A DNA stretch of 64,000 nt from Patescibacteria group bacterium (GTDB lineage Bacteria; Patescibacteriota; Patescibacteriia; UBA10025; JAHIVO01): contig JBAZWB010000001.1 of NCBI GenBank assembly GCA_041660605.1, forward strand, positions 686,503 to 750,502. The letters run 5' to 3'. Made by a program: the position numbers and the translations under genes. Below, piece by piece: positions 40,812 through 50,870 of the stretch. Under the pieces are notes generated by a model. That model worked only from the letters and a program-made list of their open reading frames with translations, did no database searches and was not told the origin of the DNA. The number at the start of each line of letters is the position of its first letter. Within the stretch, counting starts at the first letter, position 1.

Positions 40812-42140
40812 CTATCTCCCCATCCCCAGGTACTTAAAGCCCAGCTTCTTTATCTGCTCCGGCTCGTAAATATTCCTGCCGTCAACAAAAACATGCTTCT
40901 TCATTAATTTTTTCGCCTTGTTAAAATCCAGCTTCTTATATTGATCCCATTCCGTGACCAAAACAACTGCGTCAGCCCCTTTCAGCGCCTGGTAAACTTC
41001 AAAACAATATTCAATCTTATTATGGAAAATGGTTTTAATGTTATGGAGGCTCATGGGATCGCAAACCCGGATTTTTGCTCCAAGCCGCAGTAATTTTTCA
41101 ATAATGGTAATTGAAGGGGCATCACGGATATCATCAGTATCTGGTTTAAACGAAGCACCTAAAATTACAATCGTATTGCCTTTTATTTTACCTAATAAAA
41201 TATGCAGCTTTTTAATAATTTCTTTACGCTGACCCATGTTAACTTTTTCCACCATTTTCAAAAAAGTCGGATCATACCCGTTGCGCTCATATATTCTGAT
41301 AAAACCTTTCATGTCTTTGGGAAAGCATAATCCCCCGTAACCAGCGCCGGCATTAAGGAAAGCCTTCTGCCCGATGCGATGATCGGCCTTCATTATCTCA
41401 GAAATCACCTTAACGTCCGCGCCAATTGCGTCGCATAGATTGGCGATATTGTTTATAAAAGATATTTCCGTGGCTAAAAAGACATTGGCAGCATATTTAG
41501 ACAGCTCGGCCGTACGGTTATTTGTTTCAAAAATTGGCGCTTTAATGGGCTTATAAACCGCTCGCATTATCTTTTTTATTACCGGACGGCAGTCATCCGC
41601 GTAGCCAAGCACTACCCGATGCGCCTTTAAAAATGAATCAATCGCCCGGCCTTCCTGCAGGAATTCCGGATTTGATACAATCTCAATTTTGCCTTTGTAA
41701 AATCTTTTAATGATTTTTTTCACCACTTCCGCCGTGCCTGCCGGGACTGTACTTTTTACTACGAAAATTTTATTGGTTTTTACCAAACGCGCGACGTCTT
41801 CAATGGCCTTCTGCAGATATCGCAAATCAACGCTGCCTGTTTTTCTGGATGGCGTACCAACGCAGAAAAAAACCAAATCGCTGTTATCCACCACATGCTG
41901 TAAATTCAGATAAAATCCCAGCCGTTTGGCTTTTAAATTTTTATTTACCAACTCATTCATATTCGGCTCATAAAACGGCATCATACCGCCATGCTGGAGA
42001 TTATTAATTCTTTCCGTATCAATGTCATAACACCTGACTTTATTCCCTATCTCCGCGAAACTGGCTGCTGTAACCAGTCCGACATAGCCGACACCAATAA
42101 TACCGATATTAAATTTTTTCTTTTTTAACAAATCGTTCAT
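40812..42140 (-). CDS. ugd: UDP-glucose 6-dehydrogenase
   Basis: GVGYVGL, CVGTP, KSTVPAGT, SNPEFL, GYGGLCFPKD, FKPDTDDIR, DGRN. Confidence 0.92.
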   Translation of the reverse strand: MNDLLKKKKFNIGIIGVGYVGLVTAASFAEIGNKVRCYDIDTERINNLQHGGMMPFYEPNMNELVNKNLKAKRLGFYLNLQHVVDNSDLVFFCVGTPSRKTGSVDLRYLQKAIEDVARLVKTNKIFVVKSTVPAGTAEVVKKIIKRFYKGKIEIVSNPEFLQEGRAIDSFLKAHRVVLGYADDCRPVIKKIMRAVYKPIKAPIFETNNRTAELSKYAANVFLATEISFINNIANLCDAIGADVKVISEIMKADHRIGQKAFLNAGAGYGGLCFPKDMKGFIRIYERNGYDPTFLKMVEKVNMGQRKEIIKKLHILLGKIKGNTIVILGASFKPDTDDIRDAPSITIIEKLLRLGAKIRVCDPMSLHNIKTIFHNKIEYCFEVYQALKGADAVVLVTEWDQYKKLDFNKAKKLMKKHVFVDGRNIYEPEQIKKLGFKYLGMGR

Positions 42141-43477
42141 CTGCCTATTCCTTTATAAATTATTTTATTTTTAATTACTTCTTCTTTTGACAGGCAATTC
42201 TTGCCGTCAACTACGACTTTAATGCCGTTTCTTTTCAGTTGATTAACCGGAATTTTTTTAAAGTCTTCATGATCGGTAGCAATTATGATGGCCTCAGATT
42301 TTTTTAATAACTCATCAAGGCTTTTCACGGTTGACTCTTTATTAAAAAACGGATCAAAAATATTCAATTCTGCCCCTTCTTCCCGTAAAATTTCGATAAT
42401 TTTTAACGCCGGACTTTCTCTTTTATCGCCGACATTGGCTTTGTAAGATATCCCCAATATTCCTACCTTCGTGCCTTTTAACGACTTTTTTATCTGGTTT
42501 AAGCCTTTATTCAGTAAATCCACGGTGTATTTAGGCATGCTGTTGTTAATCTGCCTGGCAAGTTTTAAAAATCGATGATCAAAACCTGCCAATCGCGCCC
42601 GTTCTATCAGATAGTATGGATCCACAGGTATGCAATGTCCGCCCACACCGCAAGAAGGATAATGCGCCATAAAGGCAAACGGCTTAGTTTTGGCACCCTC
42701 TATAACATCGACTAGATCAATGCCCAAAGCCTCAAATGATCTGGCTAATTCATTTACAAAGGCGATGTTAATATCACGGAATGAATTCTCAATTATTTTC
42801 GTTGCTTCAGCCTCCTTGATTGACTTCATCGGGCGAATGGGTGCGGATAAAATTTTTCTGTAAAAATTTACTGCCAGGCTGAGCCCTTTTTTGTTGGTGG
42901 CACCCACGCAGCGGGGTATGTTTGTGACATTCCACTTAGGATCGCCGGGATTGATCCTTTCAGGACTATGCGCCAGATAAAAATCTTTTCCGGCTATCAA
43001 CTTTGATCCTTTCTCTAAAATCGGCTTGATGACTTCCTCGCAGACTCCCGGATTAACCGTTGACTCCATGACTACCAGCTGTCCGTGATGCAGTAGCGGC
43101 GCTATTTTATTGCAGGCCGAGCGCACTGGAGTCAGATCAGGGTTATACATTTTATCGACCGGCGTTGGCACGCAGATGACGATAATATCAGATTTTTTTA
43201 CTGAATCAAACTTAGTAGTAGCTACAAAATTCTTTTTAGCCACCCAGGCTGCTAATTCCGGATCTCCTTTAATCGGAGAAGTGCCTTTGTTAATCATTTT
43301 AACATTGGCTGAATCCCTGGAAATTCCAAAAGTCGTAAAACCTTTGTCACCGCACAGGCAAGCTAAAGGCAGGCCGACATATCCGACGCCAACAATAGTG
43401 ACAACCCGTTTTTTTTGCTTTTTCCCCTGGCTTTTTAATTTTTCAGCTTTTTTAATCTTTTTTACCATACTCTTCAT
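42137..43477 (-). CDS. UDP-N-acetylhexosamine dehydrogenase (WecC/WbpA-like)
   Basis: GYVGLPLA, CVPTP, ESTVNPG, SPERINPG, ENSFRDINIAFVNE, GVGGHCIPVDP. Confidence 0.92.
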   Translation of the reverse strand: MKSMVKKIKKAEKLKSQGKKQKKRVVTIVGVGYVGLPLACLCGDKGFTTFGISRDSANVKMINKGTSPIKGDPELAAWVAKKNFVATTKFDSVKKSDIIVICVPTPVDKMYNPDLTPVRSACNKIAPLLHHGQLVVMESTVNPGVCEEVIKPILEKGSKLIAGKDFYLAHSPERINPGDPKWNVTNIPRCVGATNKKGLSLAVNFYRKILSAPIRPMKSIKEAEATKIIENSFRDINIAFVNELARSFEALGIDLVDVIEGAKTKPFAFMAHYPSCGVGGHCIPVDPYYLIERARLAGFDHRFLKLARQINNSMPKYTVDLLNKGLNQIKKSLKGTKVGILGISYKANVGDKRESPALKIIEILREEGAELNIFDPFFNKESTVKSLDELLKKSEAIIIATDHEDFKKIPVNQLKRNGIKVVVDGKNCLSKEEVIKNKIIYKGIGR

Positions 43478-44369
43478 TGAACCAATTAAATGTCTTAATT
43501 AAACCACCGGATAAATTTTCTTTTGGCCGCCAGTGCAATACCGACATTGCCTGATTATTGGCCAAACGACTGTGCTCTTGCTCGTTAAGGCTATAACCCC
43601 GTTTAGGTTTAATCTTCATTTTAGCCAAAGAATAAATACTATTATACAACTCGTTTACTGTCGTTTCTTTATTGGTGCTGACATTAATTATTTTTTTATT
43701 TCCATAAATCAGGCTTTTTTGTACAGCTTTGACGACATCTGCAACATAAGTGAAATCTCTTGTTTGTCGGCCGGTATTGTTTATTTTTGACTGCTGGCCG
43801 CGGGCGCTGTTCTGGCAAAATACTGCCACCACACCGCCCTCCCCTTCAGCCCGTTGGCGCGGACCATAAACATTAGCCGGTCTGATGATCGTATAATTTA
43901 ATGCCGATTGCAGAAGATAAAGTTCGACAGTCCTTTTCGCAATGCCATACGGCGTGGCTGGTAAAGGGCAATCTTTTTCATTATTTGGCGCTTTATCAAA
44001 AATATTATAAACCGCTGCGCTGGAAAAAAAGATAAGTTTCTTGACTTTAAACTCAGAAGCAAGCCTGATGACATTCAAACTTCCCAAAATATTCGTTTCT
44101 GCGTCTTCAATCGGATGATTTTTTGAATATTGAAGGTTTATCTGCGCTGCTAAATGAAAGACAAAATCAAATTTATATGCTTTAAAACACCGACGAAGGC
44201 TAGGACTCTGTATTTGCTGATGAATGAAGCGCGCCTGTTTATTAATATTTTGGCGAAGACCACGACTTAAATCATCAACCACAGTAACCTGAAAGCCATC
44301 AGCCAGCAGACCATCAACCAGATGGCTGCCAATGAACCCAGCGCCTCCCGTAACTAAAACTCTAGCCAT
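43452..44369 (-). CDS. NAD-dependent epimerase (UDP-glucose 4-epimerase-like)
   Basis: GGAGFIGSH, HLAAQ, PYGIAK, NVYGPRQ...GEGGVV. Confidence 0.88.
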   Translation of the reverse strand: MARVLVTGGAGFIGSHLVDGLLADGFQVTVVDDLSRGLRQNINKQARFIHQQIQSPSLRRCFKAYKFDFVFHLAAQINLQYSKNHPIEDAETNILGSLNVIRLASEFKVKKLIFFSSAAVYNIFDKAPNNEKDCPLPATPYGIAKRTVELYLLQSALNYTIIRPANVYGPRQRAEGEGGVVAVFCQNSARGQQSKINNTGRQTRDFTYVADVVKAVQKSLIYGNKKIINVSTNKETTVNELYNSIYSLAKMKIKPKRGYSLNEQEHSRLANNQAMSVLHWRPKENLSGGLIKTFNWFNEEYGKKD

Positions 44370-44372
44370 AGA

Positions 44373-45416
44373 CTATTCGTCCTCCTCTTTATCGTATTTC
44401 CAAAGCATTGGCTGCAGGATATTCTGGTGAGCCCTGACGTACTCAATCGTTTTCTCCAGACCCGCTTTCAGCGAGACTAAAGGATACCACCCGATTTTTT
44501 CCTTGACCGAAGAAATATCCGGCAAGGGCAGCGGGGTCATAAAAATCAATGACCGTTTGAATTTTATTGCTGATTTTGAATTGGTCATTTCTTTTATCTT
44601 CCTGGCGATATCGACCATGTTAAGCTCTTCGTAATGTCCGAAATTATAGATACCATTTTCATTTGATTTCATAAATTTCATCAAGCCTTCCACAATATCA
44701 GAAACATAGCAAAGCGAGGTAGTGAAATTCTCATCTCCGTAAATTACCAGCGGTTTATTGTTTAATGCCTGCAGTACAAAATCTGGTACCATATGGCCTT
44801 CAAAAAGAGGCAAACGCGGACCGTAAGTCCTGAAAATGCGGGCAATCTTTGTCTGAATATTAAACATATCCCTGTAAGTGATGGCCGCCGTTTCGGCAAA
44901 TCTTTTACCTTCATCATAACAGCTCCTGGGGCCGGTGAAATTAACATAGCCCTGGTAGCCTTCAGCATAAGGCGGTGCATCTACAAATCTCGGCCCATAC
45001 ACGACTACGGATGAAGTCAGTAAAAATTTTGCCTCATACTTTTTCGCTAATTCTAAAGCATTGGTAACTCCCAGGCTATTTGTATGCAGCGTCTTGATTC
45101 TCAGCGCATTGAAATTCTTCGGCGAAGTTGGGCAGGCCAAATGGTAAATTTCCTGGATTCCCTGAAAACGAACTTTGAATTTTTCCAATTCATGCATTGA
45201 TTCCAGATTTATTTCTTTGCAGATATCGTGTTTGATAAATTCAAAATTTGGGTTTTGCAGAAGATTACTGATATTTTCCACATTTCCGGAAGCAAAATTG
45301 TCCAAACAAATGACATTACTGTCCTTAACCAGGGCTTCGCAAAGATGCGAACCTATAAATCCTGCTCCTCCTGTGACTAAGACGTTTTTTCGCGGAAAAA
45401 TTTTTTCGTTTCTCAT
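44373..45416 (-). CDS. UDP-glucuronic acid decarboxylase-like SDR (Uxs family)
   Basis: GGAGFIGSHLC, YHLACPTSP, GPRSCYDEGKRFAE, ARIFRTYGPR. Confidence 0.88.
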   Translation of the reverse strand: MRNEKIFPRKNVLVTGGAGFIGSHLCEALVKDSNVICLDNFASGNVENISNLLQNPNFEFIKHDICKEINLESMHELEKFKVRFQGIQEIYHLACPTSPKNFNALRIKTLHTNSLGVTNALELAKKYEAKFLLTSSVVVYGPRFVDAPPYAEGYQGYVNFTGPRSCYDEGKRFAETAAITYRDMFNIQTKIARIFRTYGPRLPLFEGHMVPDFVLQALNNKPLVIYGDENFTTSLCYVSDIVEGLMKFMKSNENGIYNFGHYEELNMVDIARKIKEMTNSKSAIKFKRSLIFMTPLPLPDISSVKEKIGWYPLVSLKAGLEKTIEYVRAHQNILQPMLWKYDKEEDE

Positions 45417-45420
45417 AAAT

Positions 45421-46128
45421 TTATTTTTTTAACCTGATGCTCATTAATGAAAAAAACATTTTAAAAGCCATCTGGATCACTCTGCCAAACGAGCCTAGCA
45501 TGGCTGAGCTGCTTTTATCAACCCAGCGGGTTGGTACTTCTACTATTTTAAATCCCCGTTTCAAGGATAAATATAGCAGCTCGACATCAAAAGCCATATT
45601 GGTAATCTTCAATGATGGTAAAAGATTTTTTATGGCTTGCTTCTTGAAAATCTTCGCTCCACACTGTGTATCGGTAAAAGGCATCCAGAAAAATACTTTC
45701 ACGAATATTAAAAAACTGAAACTGATTAATTTTCTTGGAAAAGAACGGTTTATGACTTGCGAGCCTTTTTTCCAGCGCGAAGCTATTACTCCGTCTGCTT
45801 CACCGAGCTGATCAACAACTTTCTGGAATTCTGCCGGTTCAGTGGAACCGTCGGCATCAACAAAGCCGATTAGTTCACCTTCTGCCCGCGAAAATCCTAA
45901 ATGCACCGCACCGCCTTTGCCAATAGCTTTTTTTTCCTCAATATATTCAATTAATCCGGGGTATTCTTTTTTAAAATCTGAAACTATGCCGATGGTATTG
46001 TCCCGACAACCATTTAAAACGATGATGATTTCTGTATCTTTTCCGGAAAAATAATTTGTATAATCAGTTAATGTCTTGCTGATTCTCTGCTCTTCATTGA
46101 AGGCGGGAATGATTATTGACAGGTGCAT
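45421..46128 (-). CDS. Dolichyl-phosphate beta-glucosyltransferase-like GT2
   Basis: SIIIPAFNEE, GKGGAV, FVDADGS, DTQCGAK, FDVELL. Confidence 0.9.
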   Translation of the reverse strand: MHLSIIIPAFNEEQRISKTLTDYTNYFSGKDTEIIIVLNGCRDNTIGIVSDFKKEYPGLIEYIEEKKAIGKGGAVHLGFSRAEGELIGFVDADGSTEPAEFQKVVDQLGEADGVIASRWKKGSQVINRSFPRKLISFSFLIFVKVFFWMPFTDTQCGAKIFKKQAIKNLLPSLKITNMAFDVELLYLSLKRGFKIVEVPTRWVDKSSSAMLGSFGRVIQMAFKMFFSLMSIRLKK

Positions 46129-46139
46129 ATATGTTTAAA

Positions 46140-46168
46140 ATTATACCGAAAAATAAGCTTTTTAGCAA
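46140..46168 (-). promoter_or_regulatory. sigma70-type promoter
   Basis: TTGCTA-17-TATAAT just upstream of the 46128 start. Confidence 0.6.
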
Positions 46169-46186
46169 CTGATATAAGACGCACGT

Positions 46187-46648
46187 TCAATTACGAAAAG
46201 TCCAATATTTATTGCCAAAATAATTGCTGAAAAGCACAATGCCAATTGCCACGGCTTTGGCAAAAAAATCAACGTTATCGCCGAAATATTTTACTGCACC
46301 ACTGTGTTCAACCACGATATAAACAATGCCTAAATTTAAAAAATAGTTGACCAGACTGACGATAAAAAATTTTACAGATTCGGACTTGGCCTTGCCGCTG
46401 TCACCTTTTTTAAAAGTCCAGAATTTATTCAGAAAAAAATTATTGACAATCGCCAAAAAAACGCTGGTAGCGGTGGCGTAAATATAATATACACCGAAAA
46501 CCCGCGTTAATAGCGCGTAAGAACTGAAATCAACCAAAGTACCGGCCACACCGACTATTCCGAATTTTAAAAATTCAACAACGCTTGGATGTTCTCGTAA
46601 ATAACTTATTTTTTCCAGCCGGTTTTTTAGTGTCATATTGCTGATCAT
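46187..46648 (-). CDS. GtrA family protein (lipid-linked sugar flippase)
   Basis: EFLKFGIVG, NNFFLNKFWTF, NYFGNKYWTF. Confidence 0.92.
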   Translation of the reverse strand: MISNMTLKNRLEKISYLREHPSVVEFLKFGIVGVAGTLVDFSSYALLTRVFGVYYIYATATSVFLAIVNNFFLNKFWTFKKGDSGKAKSESVKFFIVSLVNYFLNLGIVYIVVEHSGAVKYFGDNVDFFAKAVAIGIVLFSNYFGNKYWTFRN

Positions 46649-48831
46649 CTGATAGCTGCCACGTTAACGCCTCCGCGGAATGATTCGGCATAGGCGAAGA
46701 ACTGGGAAAGCAAATTGCCGCTTTCACCGAATATTCTGACGTGAGGTCCGCCGGTATAGCCGGCACCGGCGATTATTTCATCAGTGCCGTCTCCGTTGAC
46801 ATCCCCCGCTGCCACGTTAACGCCTCCGCGGAATGATTCGGCATAGGCGAAGAACTGGGAAAGCAAATTGCCGCTGGCTCCGAATATTCTGACGTGAGGT
46901 CCGCCGGTATAGCCGGCACCGGCGATTATTTCATCAGTGCCGTCTCCGTTGACATCCCCCGCTGCCACGTTAACGCCTCCGCGGAATGATTCGGCATAGG
47001 CGAAGAACTGGGATTGACGCACTCCGCTATAATTAAATACCCTGACATGGGGACCACCGGTATTTCCTGCCCCGGTTACAATTTCATCTACTCCATTGTT
47101 ATCAAAATCGCCAACAGCCACGTTAACGCCTCCGCGGAATGATTCGGCATAGGCGAAGAACTGGGAAAGCAAATTGCCATGCTGATCGAATATCCGGACA
47201 TGCGGACCGCCGCCGTTACCAGCACCGGCGATGATTTCATCAGTGCCGTCTCCGTTGACATCTCCTGACGCAACATTAACGCCTCCGCGGAATGATTCGG
47301 CATAGGCGAAGAACTGGGAAAGCAAATTGCCATGCTGGTCGAATATCCGGACATGCGGACCGCCGCCATTGCCGGCACCGGCGATGATTTCATCAGTACC
47401 GTCTCCGTTGACATCCCCCGCTGCCACGTTAACGCCCCCGCGGAATGATTCGGCATAGGCGAAAAATTGTGATTGCACTGATCCTTGCGTATTTATAATC
47501 CGCACATGCGGTCCGCCATTTTGGCCGGCTCCGGTGATTATATTCATGGTATCAGCCAACACCACCGGCTGGGCAAAAACATTTCCAATATTTAAACGAC
47601 CACTGCCTAGTTGGGTGGCTAAAGGTTCGTCAGCACTGAATGGATCGGAATTATGCAATAACAAATTTTTAATTTCAGAAATAGAAAGCGTAGGATTACT
47701 GGCCTTAATAAGCGCCGCCGCACCGGCCACCATTGGAGTGGCCATAGAAGTGCCAGACCAGCCGCTCAAATATGGATTATCAAGTCCGTTTACGGGATCG
47801 TAAAAAGAAGTACTGATAAAATTTTCACCCGGTGCGGAAATATCAATGCAATCCGATCCGTAATTTGAAGCCACACTTATTTGCCCGCCGGATTCAACCA
47901 GTAATCGGGTATCTTCCTGATCGGTGCCACCGACGCCAATAACGTTTTCATCGCAAACTGGATAACGCGGGCTGCTATTGAGATTAATATTATTATTGCC
48001 CGCAGCGGCAAAAACCAAAATTCCAGCCTGTGTGGCCTCATTAATAGCGTTACTTAACAAAACATCCTGATTATTCCCAACAAAGCTTAAATTAATAAAA
48101 TCAGCGCCATTGGCGATGGCATAATCAATACCCTGATAAATATCCCCGGTATCTCCCACGCCGGCGCCGTCCAGAACCCTGATTGGCATAAGTTTAACCG
48201 ACCAATTCATGCCGGCTATCCCGGCGTTATTATTTCCAACAGCGCCAATCACGCCGGCTATCGCCGTGCCGTGATTAATGCCAGAGGTATTCCACCCTGT
48301 ATCGTATTTCGGAAGCGGATCCGGCACTGAACCGATAAAATCCCAGCCATGATAATCATCAATAAAACCATTGTTATCGTCATCAATATTATTATCAGGT
48401 AGCTCTCCGGCGTTAGTCCAAATATTAGCGCTCAAATCCGGATGGTTAATATCAATTCCGGTATCTAAAACCGCCACCACTACTTCATTGCTTCCGGTTG
48501 TTGTATCCCAGGCACCTGGGGCATTCACTTTGCTCAAATACCATTGGGAACCAAACAATGGGTCATTTGGCTCAGCCGCTGCTTGATAGTCATAATTCGG
48601 CTCAACAAAATCAACATTCGGCTGGTTTTTCCAGTCTTTAATTACTTGGGCAACATTTTCACCTGGCAATAAATTGATCTGATGAATTTTATCGTCTTTT
48701 TTTAATTTAATAATTACACTATGGGCATGGCTGGCATTCTCCCCAACGGCTGACGCCGAAAAAGGTGCCGTCAACCACAGACAAAAAAACACCATCGCCA
48801 GATACTTAATATATTTAGTAATCTTATTCAT
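46645..48831 (-). CDS. S8 subtilisin-like serine protease with C-terminal FG-GAP-like repeats
   Basis: Signal peptide; triad in VAVLDTG, HGTAIAG and GTSMATP; six repeats of SQFFAYAESFRGGVNVAAGDVNGDGTDEII. Confidence 0.93.
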   Translation of the reverse strand: MNKITKYIKYLAMVFFCLWLTAPFSASAVGENASHAHSVIIKLKKDDKIHQINLLPGENVAQVIKDWKNQPNVDFVEPNYDYQAAAEPNDPLFGSQWYLSKVNAPGAWDTTTGSNEVVVAVLDTGIDINHPDLSANIWTNAGELPDNNIDDDNNGFIDDYHGWDFIGSVPDPLPKYDTGWNTSGINHGTAIAGVIGAVGNNNAGIAGMNWSVKLMPIRVLDGAGVGDTGDIYQGIDYAIANGADFINLSFVGNNQDVLLSNAINEATQAGILVFAAAGNNNINLNSSPRYPVCDENVIGVGGTDQEDTRLLVESGGQISVASNYGSDCIDISAPGENFISTSFYDPVNGLDNPYLSGWSGTSMATPMVAGAAALIKASNPTLSISEIKNLLLHNSDPFSADEPLATQLGSGRLNIGNVFAQPVVLADTMNIITGAGQNGGPHVRIINTQGSVQSQFFAYAESFRGGVNVAAGDVNGDGTDEIIAGAGNGGGPHVRIFDQHGNLLSQFFAYAESFRGGVNVASGDVNGDGTDEIIAGAGNGGGPHVRIFDQHGNLLSQFFAYAESFRGGVNVAVGDFDNNGVDEIVTGAGNTGGPHVRVFNYSGVRQSQFFAYAESFRGGVNVAAGDVNGDGTDEIIAGAGYTGGPHVRIFGASGNLLSQFFAYAESFRGGVNVAAGDVNGDGTDEIIAGAGYTGGPHVRIFGESGNLLSQFFAYAESFRGGVNVAAIR
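46658..47530 (-). repeat. Six tandem 153-bp coding repeats
   Basis: Unit register at 46658, 46811, 46964, 47117, 47270 and 47423; core CCGCGGAATGATTCGGCATAGGCGAA identical in all copies. Confidence 0.9.
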
Positions 48832-50089
48832 TGTTTAATTTTTCAAGTGTAATTTTAATTTCCTCGCTTTTACCTCCACGCATAATCCGCATTGTCAGCA
48901 GATCCCCCGGGCTTTGCCGGCTGATAAAGTCATTTAAACTCATGTTCTGAGACAGCTCAGTGTTGTTAATCATTTGAATAATATCTCCGGTCTGCAAGCC
49001 GCCTTTTTGAGCCGGACTGTTTTTCTCCACACTGGGCCTGGCTTCTTCATCATCGCTGTAAATCACGGCGCCTTTGCTCAGATTGCTGCTTATTTCCACC
49101 GGTAAATTTACCACCTCAGCCAAATCAACATAATGTACACCCAGGTATGCTTGATTTATTTTTCCTTGAGCTAAAATTGATTCTATCTCTCCGGTAATCT
49201 GGCTGAAGGGAATGATATAATTTTGACTGCCGCCCGTCTGCACGATGCCTACCGCTTTGCTGTCGCCGGTAAAAGCCAGGGCATAATTAAAACTTGCCGG
49301 GATTTCATTCCCGATCAATATTTTTCTGTCCATTAATTCAGAAGATTTCACGATGTCCTCAATTTTATCCTGCGCATAGTAAATCGGTGCGACTATTTGT
49401 GCATTAAGAATTGAAGGGGTTTGGCTGAAAAAATGCGGCTGAAACAAAAACAAATCAGTCAAGCTCAGCAATTCGTCATTTTTTGAAAAAGCCACAGTAT
49501 CCAGCCCCTTAGCGTCAATTTTGATAAAAACAAAATTTGTCGCCGGGTCGGGAATAATTTCCTTAACCTCATATTTTACATTGCCCTGGACAAAAACTAC
49601 GTAATTTTCCGCCTGCGAATCACCAACAACCTGTTTGGTCGTTACCAAATATCCGTCGTTGGTTATAATAAAACCGTCACCCAGGCTGGCTGAATCAAGA
49701 TAAGCGCTTTGCAGTCCTTCTTCCTCACTTTTTATTTTAAATATCCTGGCGATAGTGGCGGAAATCTTCTGAGATTGCTGATTTACCTGAGCCACGTTAG
49801 CAGACTGGTTCTTACCGCTCCCGACAATAATAGAAGTTTGCGTTGTATTATTGAATATATTTAATTTATCAATTATTGGTATTGAAGAGCCGTAAGTAAA
49901 CAAAATAATTTGACTCAGGACACCCGCTAATAACCCGAAAAATATGGCCAGCAAGATGATGGCAATGGTACTGGTACGTTTTTTTTGGGGTTTTTCAATT
50001 TTATTTAACTCATCGGAGTATAAATTTTTCAGACTGTCCTCTTTTTTTATGCTGGATTTCGGGGAAGTTGGACTGATTTTTGATTTCAT
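48824..50089 (-). CDS. HtrA/DegP-like trypsin-PDZ protein, probably catalytically inactive
   Basis: TM anchor, GDGFIITNDGYLVT, PDZ (YLGV...NSPAQKGGLQTGDII); triad positions substituted. Confidence 0.85.
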   Translation of the reverse strand: MKSKISPTSPKSSIKKEDSLKNLYSDELNKIEKPQKKRTSTIAIILLAIFFGLLAGVLSQIILFTYGSSIPIIDKLNIFNNTTQTSIIVGSGKNQSANVAQVNQQSQKISATIARIFKIKSEEEGLQSAYLDSASLGDGFIITNDGYLVTTKQVVGDSQAENYVVFVQGNVKYEVKEIIPDPATNFVFIKIDAKGLDTVAFSKNDELLSLTDLFLFQPHFFSQTPSILNAQIVAPIYYAQDKIEDIVKSSELMDRKILIGNEIPASFNYALAFTGDSKAVGIVQTGGSQNYIIPFSQITGEIESILAQGKINQAYLGVHYVDLAEVVNLPVEISSNLSKGAVIYSDDEEARPSVEKNSPAQKGGLQTGDIIQMINNTELSQNMSLNDFISRQSPGDLLTMRIMRGGKSEEIKITLEKLNNE

Positions 50090-50105
50090 ATTTATTTATT
50101 ATTTA

Positions 50106-50867
50106 TTAATACCATTTAGCGGTGGCCAGTAAAAAGACACCTAAAGTAGCGCTGATTATAATATAAGTTCTTATATTTTGCTTATTTAAATTATTCCTTA
50201 AAAAATCCCTGGATAAATTCATCACCAAATAATAAATTATTGCCAGGAATAGCCCATTAAATAGAAAACTTGTCGGTAAAAAACTAAAGACAAAATAAGA
50301 TTCAGACATCAGGACGCCAACTAATAAAATAAAAAATTTGCTTTTTCGCCACTCAATTTTATATGACCACAACGTACGCATGTACAAAAAACCGGAAATT
50401 ACAAATACTACGATACTAAATAACCACGATGGCCAGTTCATGAATAATGACAACCCAAAAAAGCTGGCATAAAATAAAAATAAAATGACCATGTTAATGT
50501 AGCCATATAGATTTTCCAGTGCATATGGCTGATAGCTTTTATCCTGATTTAAAAATTTAAATAAATTTTTCAATACCAAAAAAAATAATATGCCAATCAG
50601 AAAAATAAAAACCTGCTGAATAACTATCGAGTCAATCAGAGTAAAAAATACCTGACTGCCGGCAACTAAAAAAAGTGGCGTTGAAAGAAAATTCCAGAAT
50701 AATTTACTTTTGAATTTTCTGCCAGTCAGCGACCAAATTGTCAAAACTATTATACAAACGTTAATTGAAACGATATAATAAAACAACCCGTGGCTGACTG
50801 ACCAGATTTCAAAAAATATTACTACCAGCAAACTGCTTAAATATGGGAGGAATCGGTTAAAAAACAT
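50106..50867 (-). CDS. Multi-TM hypothetical membrane protein (DUF5656-like)
   Basis: About 9 TMs, FLP motif, C-terminal AKW. Confidence 0.7.
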   Translation of the reverse strand: MFFNRFLPYLSSLLVVIFFEIWSVSHGLFYYIVSINVCIIVLTIWSLTGRKFKSKLFWNFLSTPLFLVAGSQVFFTLIDSIVIQQVFIFLIGILFFLVLKNLFKFLNQDKSYQPYALENLYGYINMVILFLFYASFFGLSLFMNWPSWLFSIVVFVISGFLYMRTLWSYKIEWRKSKFFILLVGVLMSESYFVFSFLPTSFLFNGLFLAIIYYLVMNLSRDFLRNNLNKQNIRTYIIISATLGVFLLATAKWY

Positions 50868-50870
50868 AAT

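Noticed and set aside
46658-47530. Regularly spaced identical repeats as a possible CRISPR array
   Set aside because: The period is 153 bp (51 codons), the intervening sequences are themselves homologous, all lies in frame within the S8 gene, and no cas genes are present.
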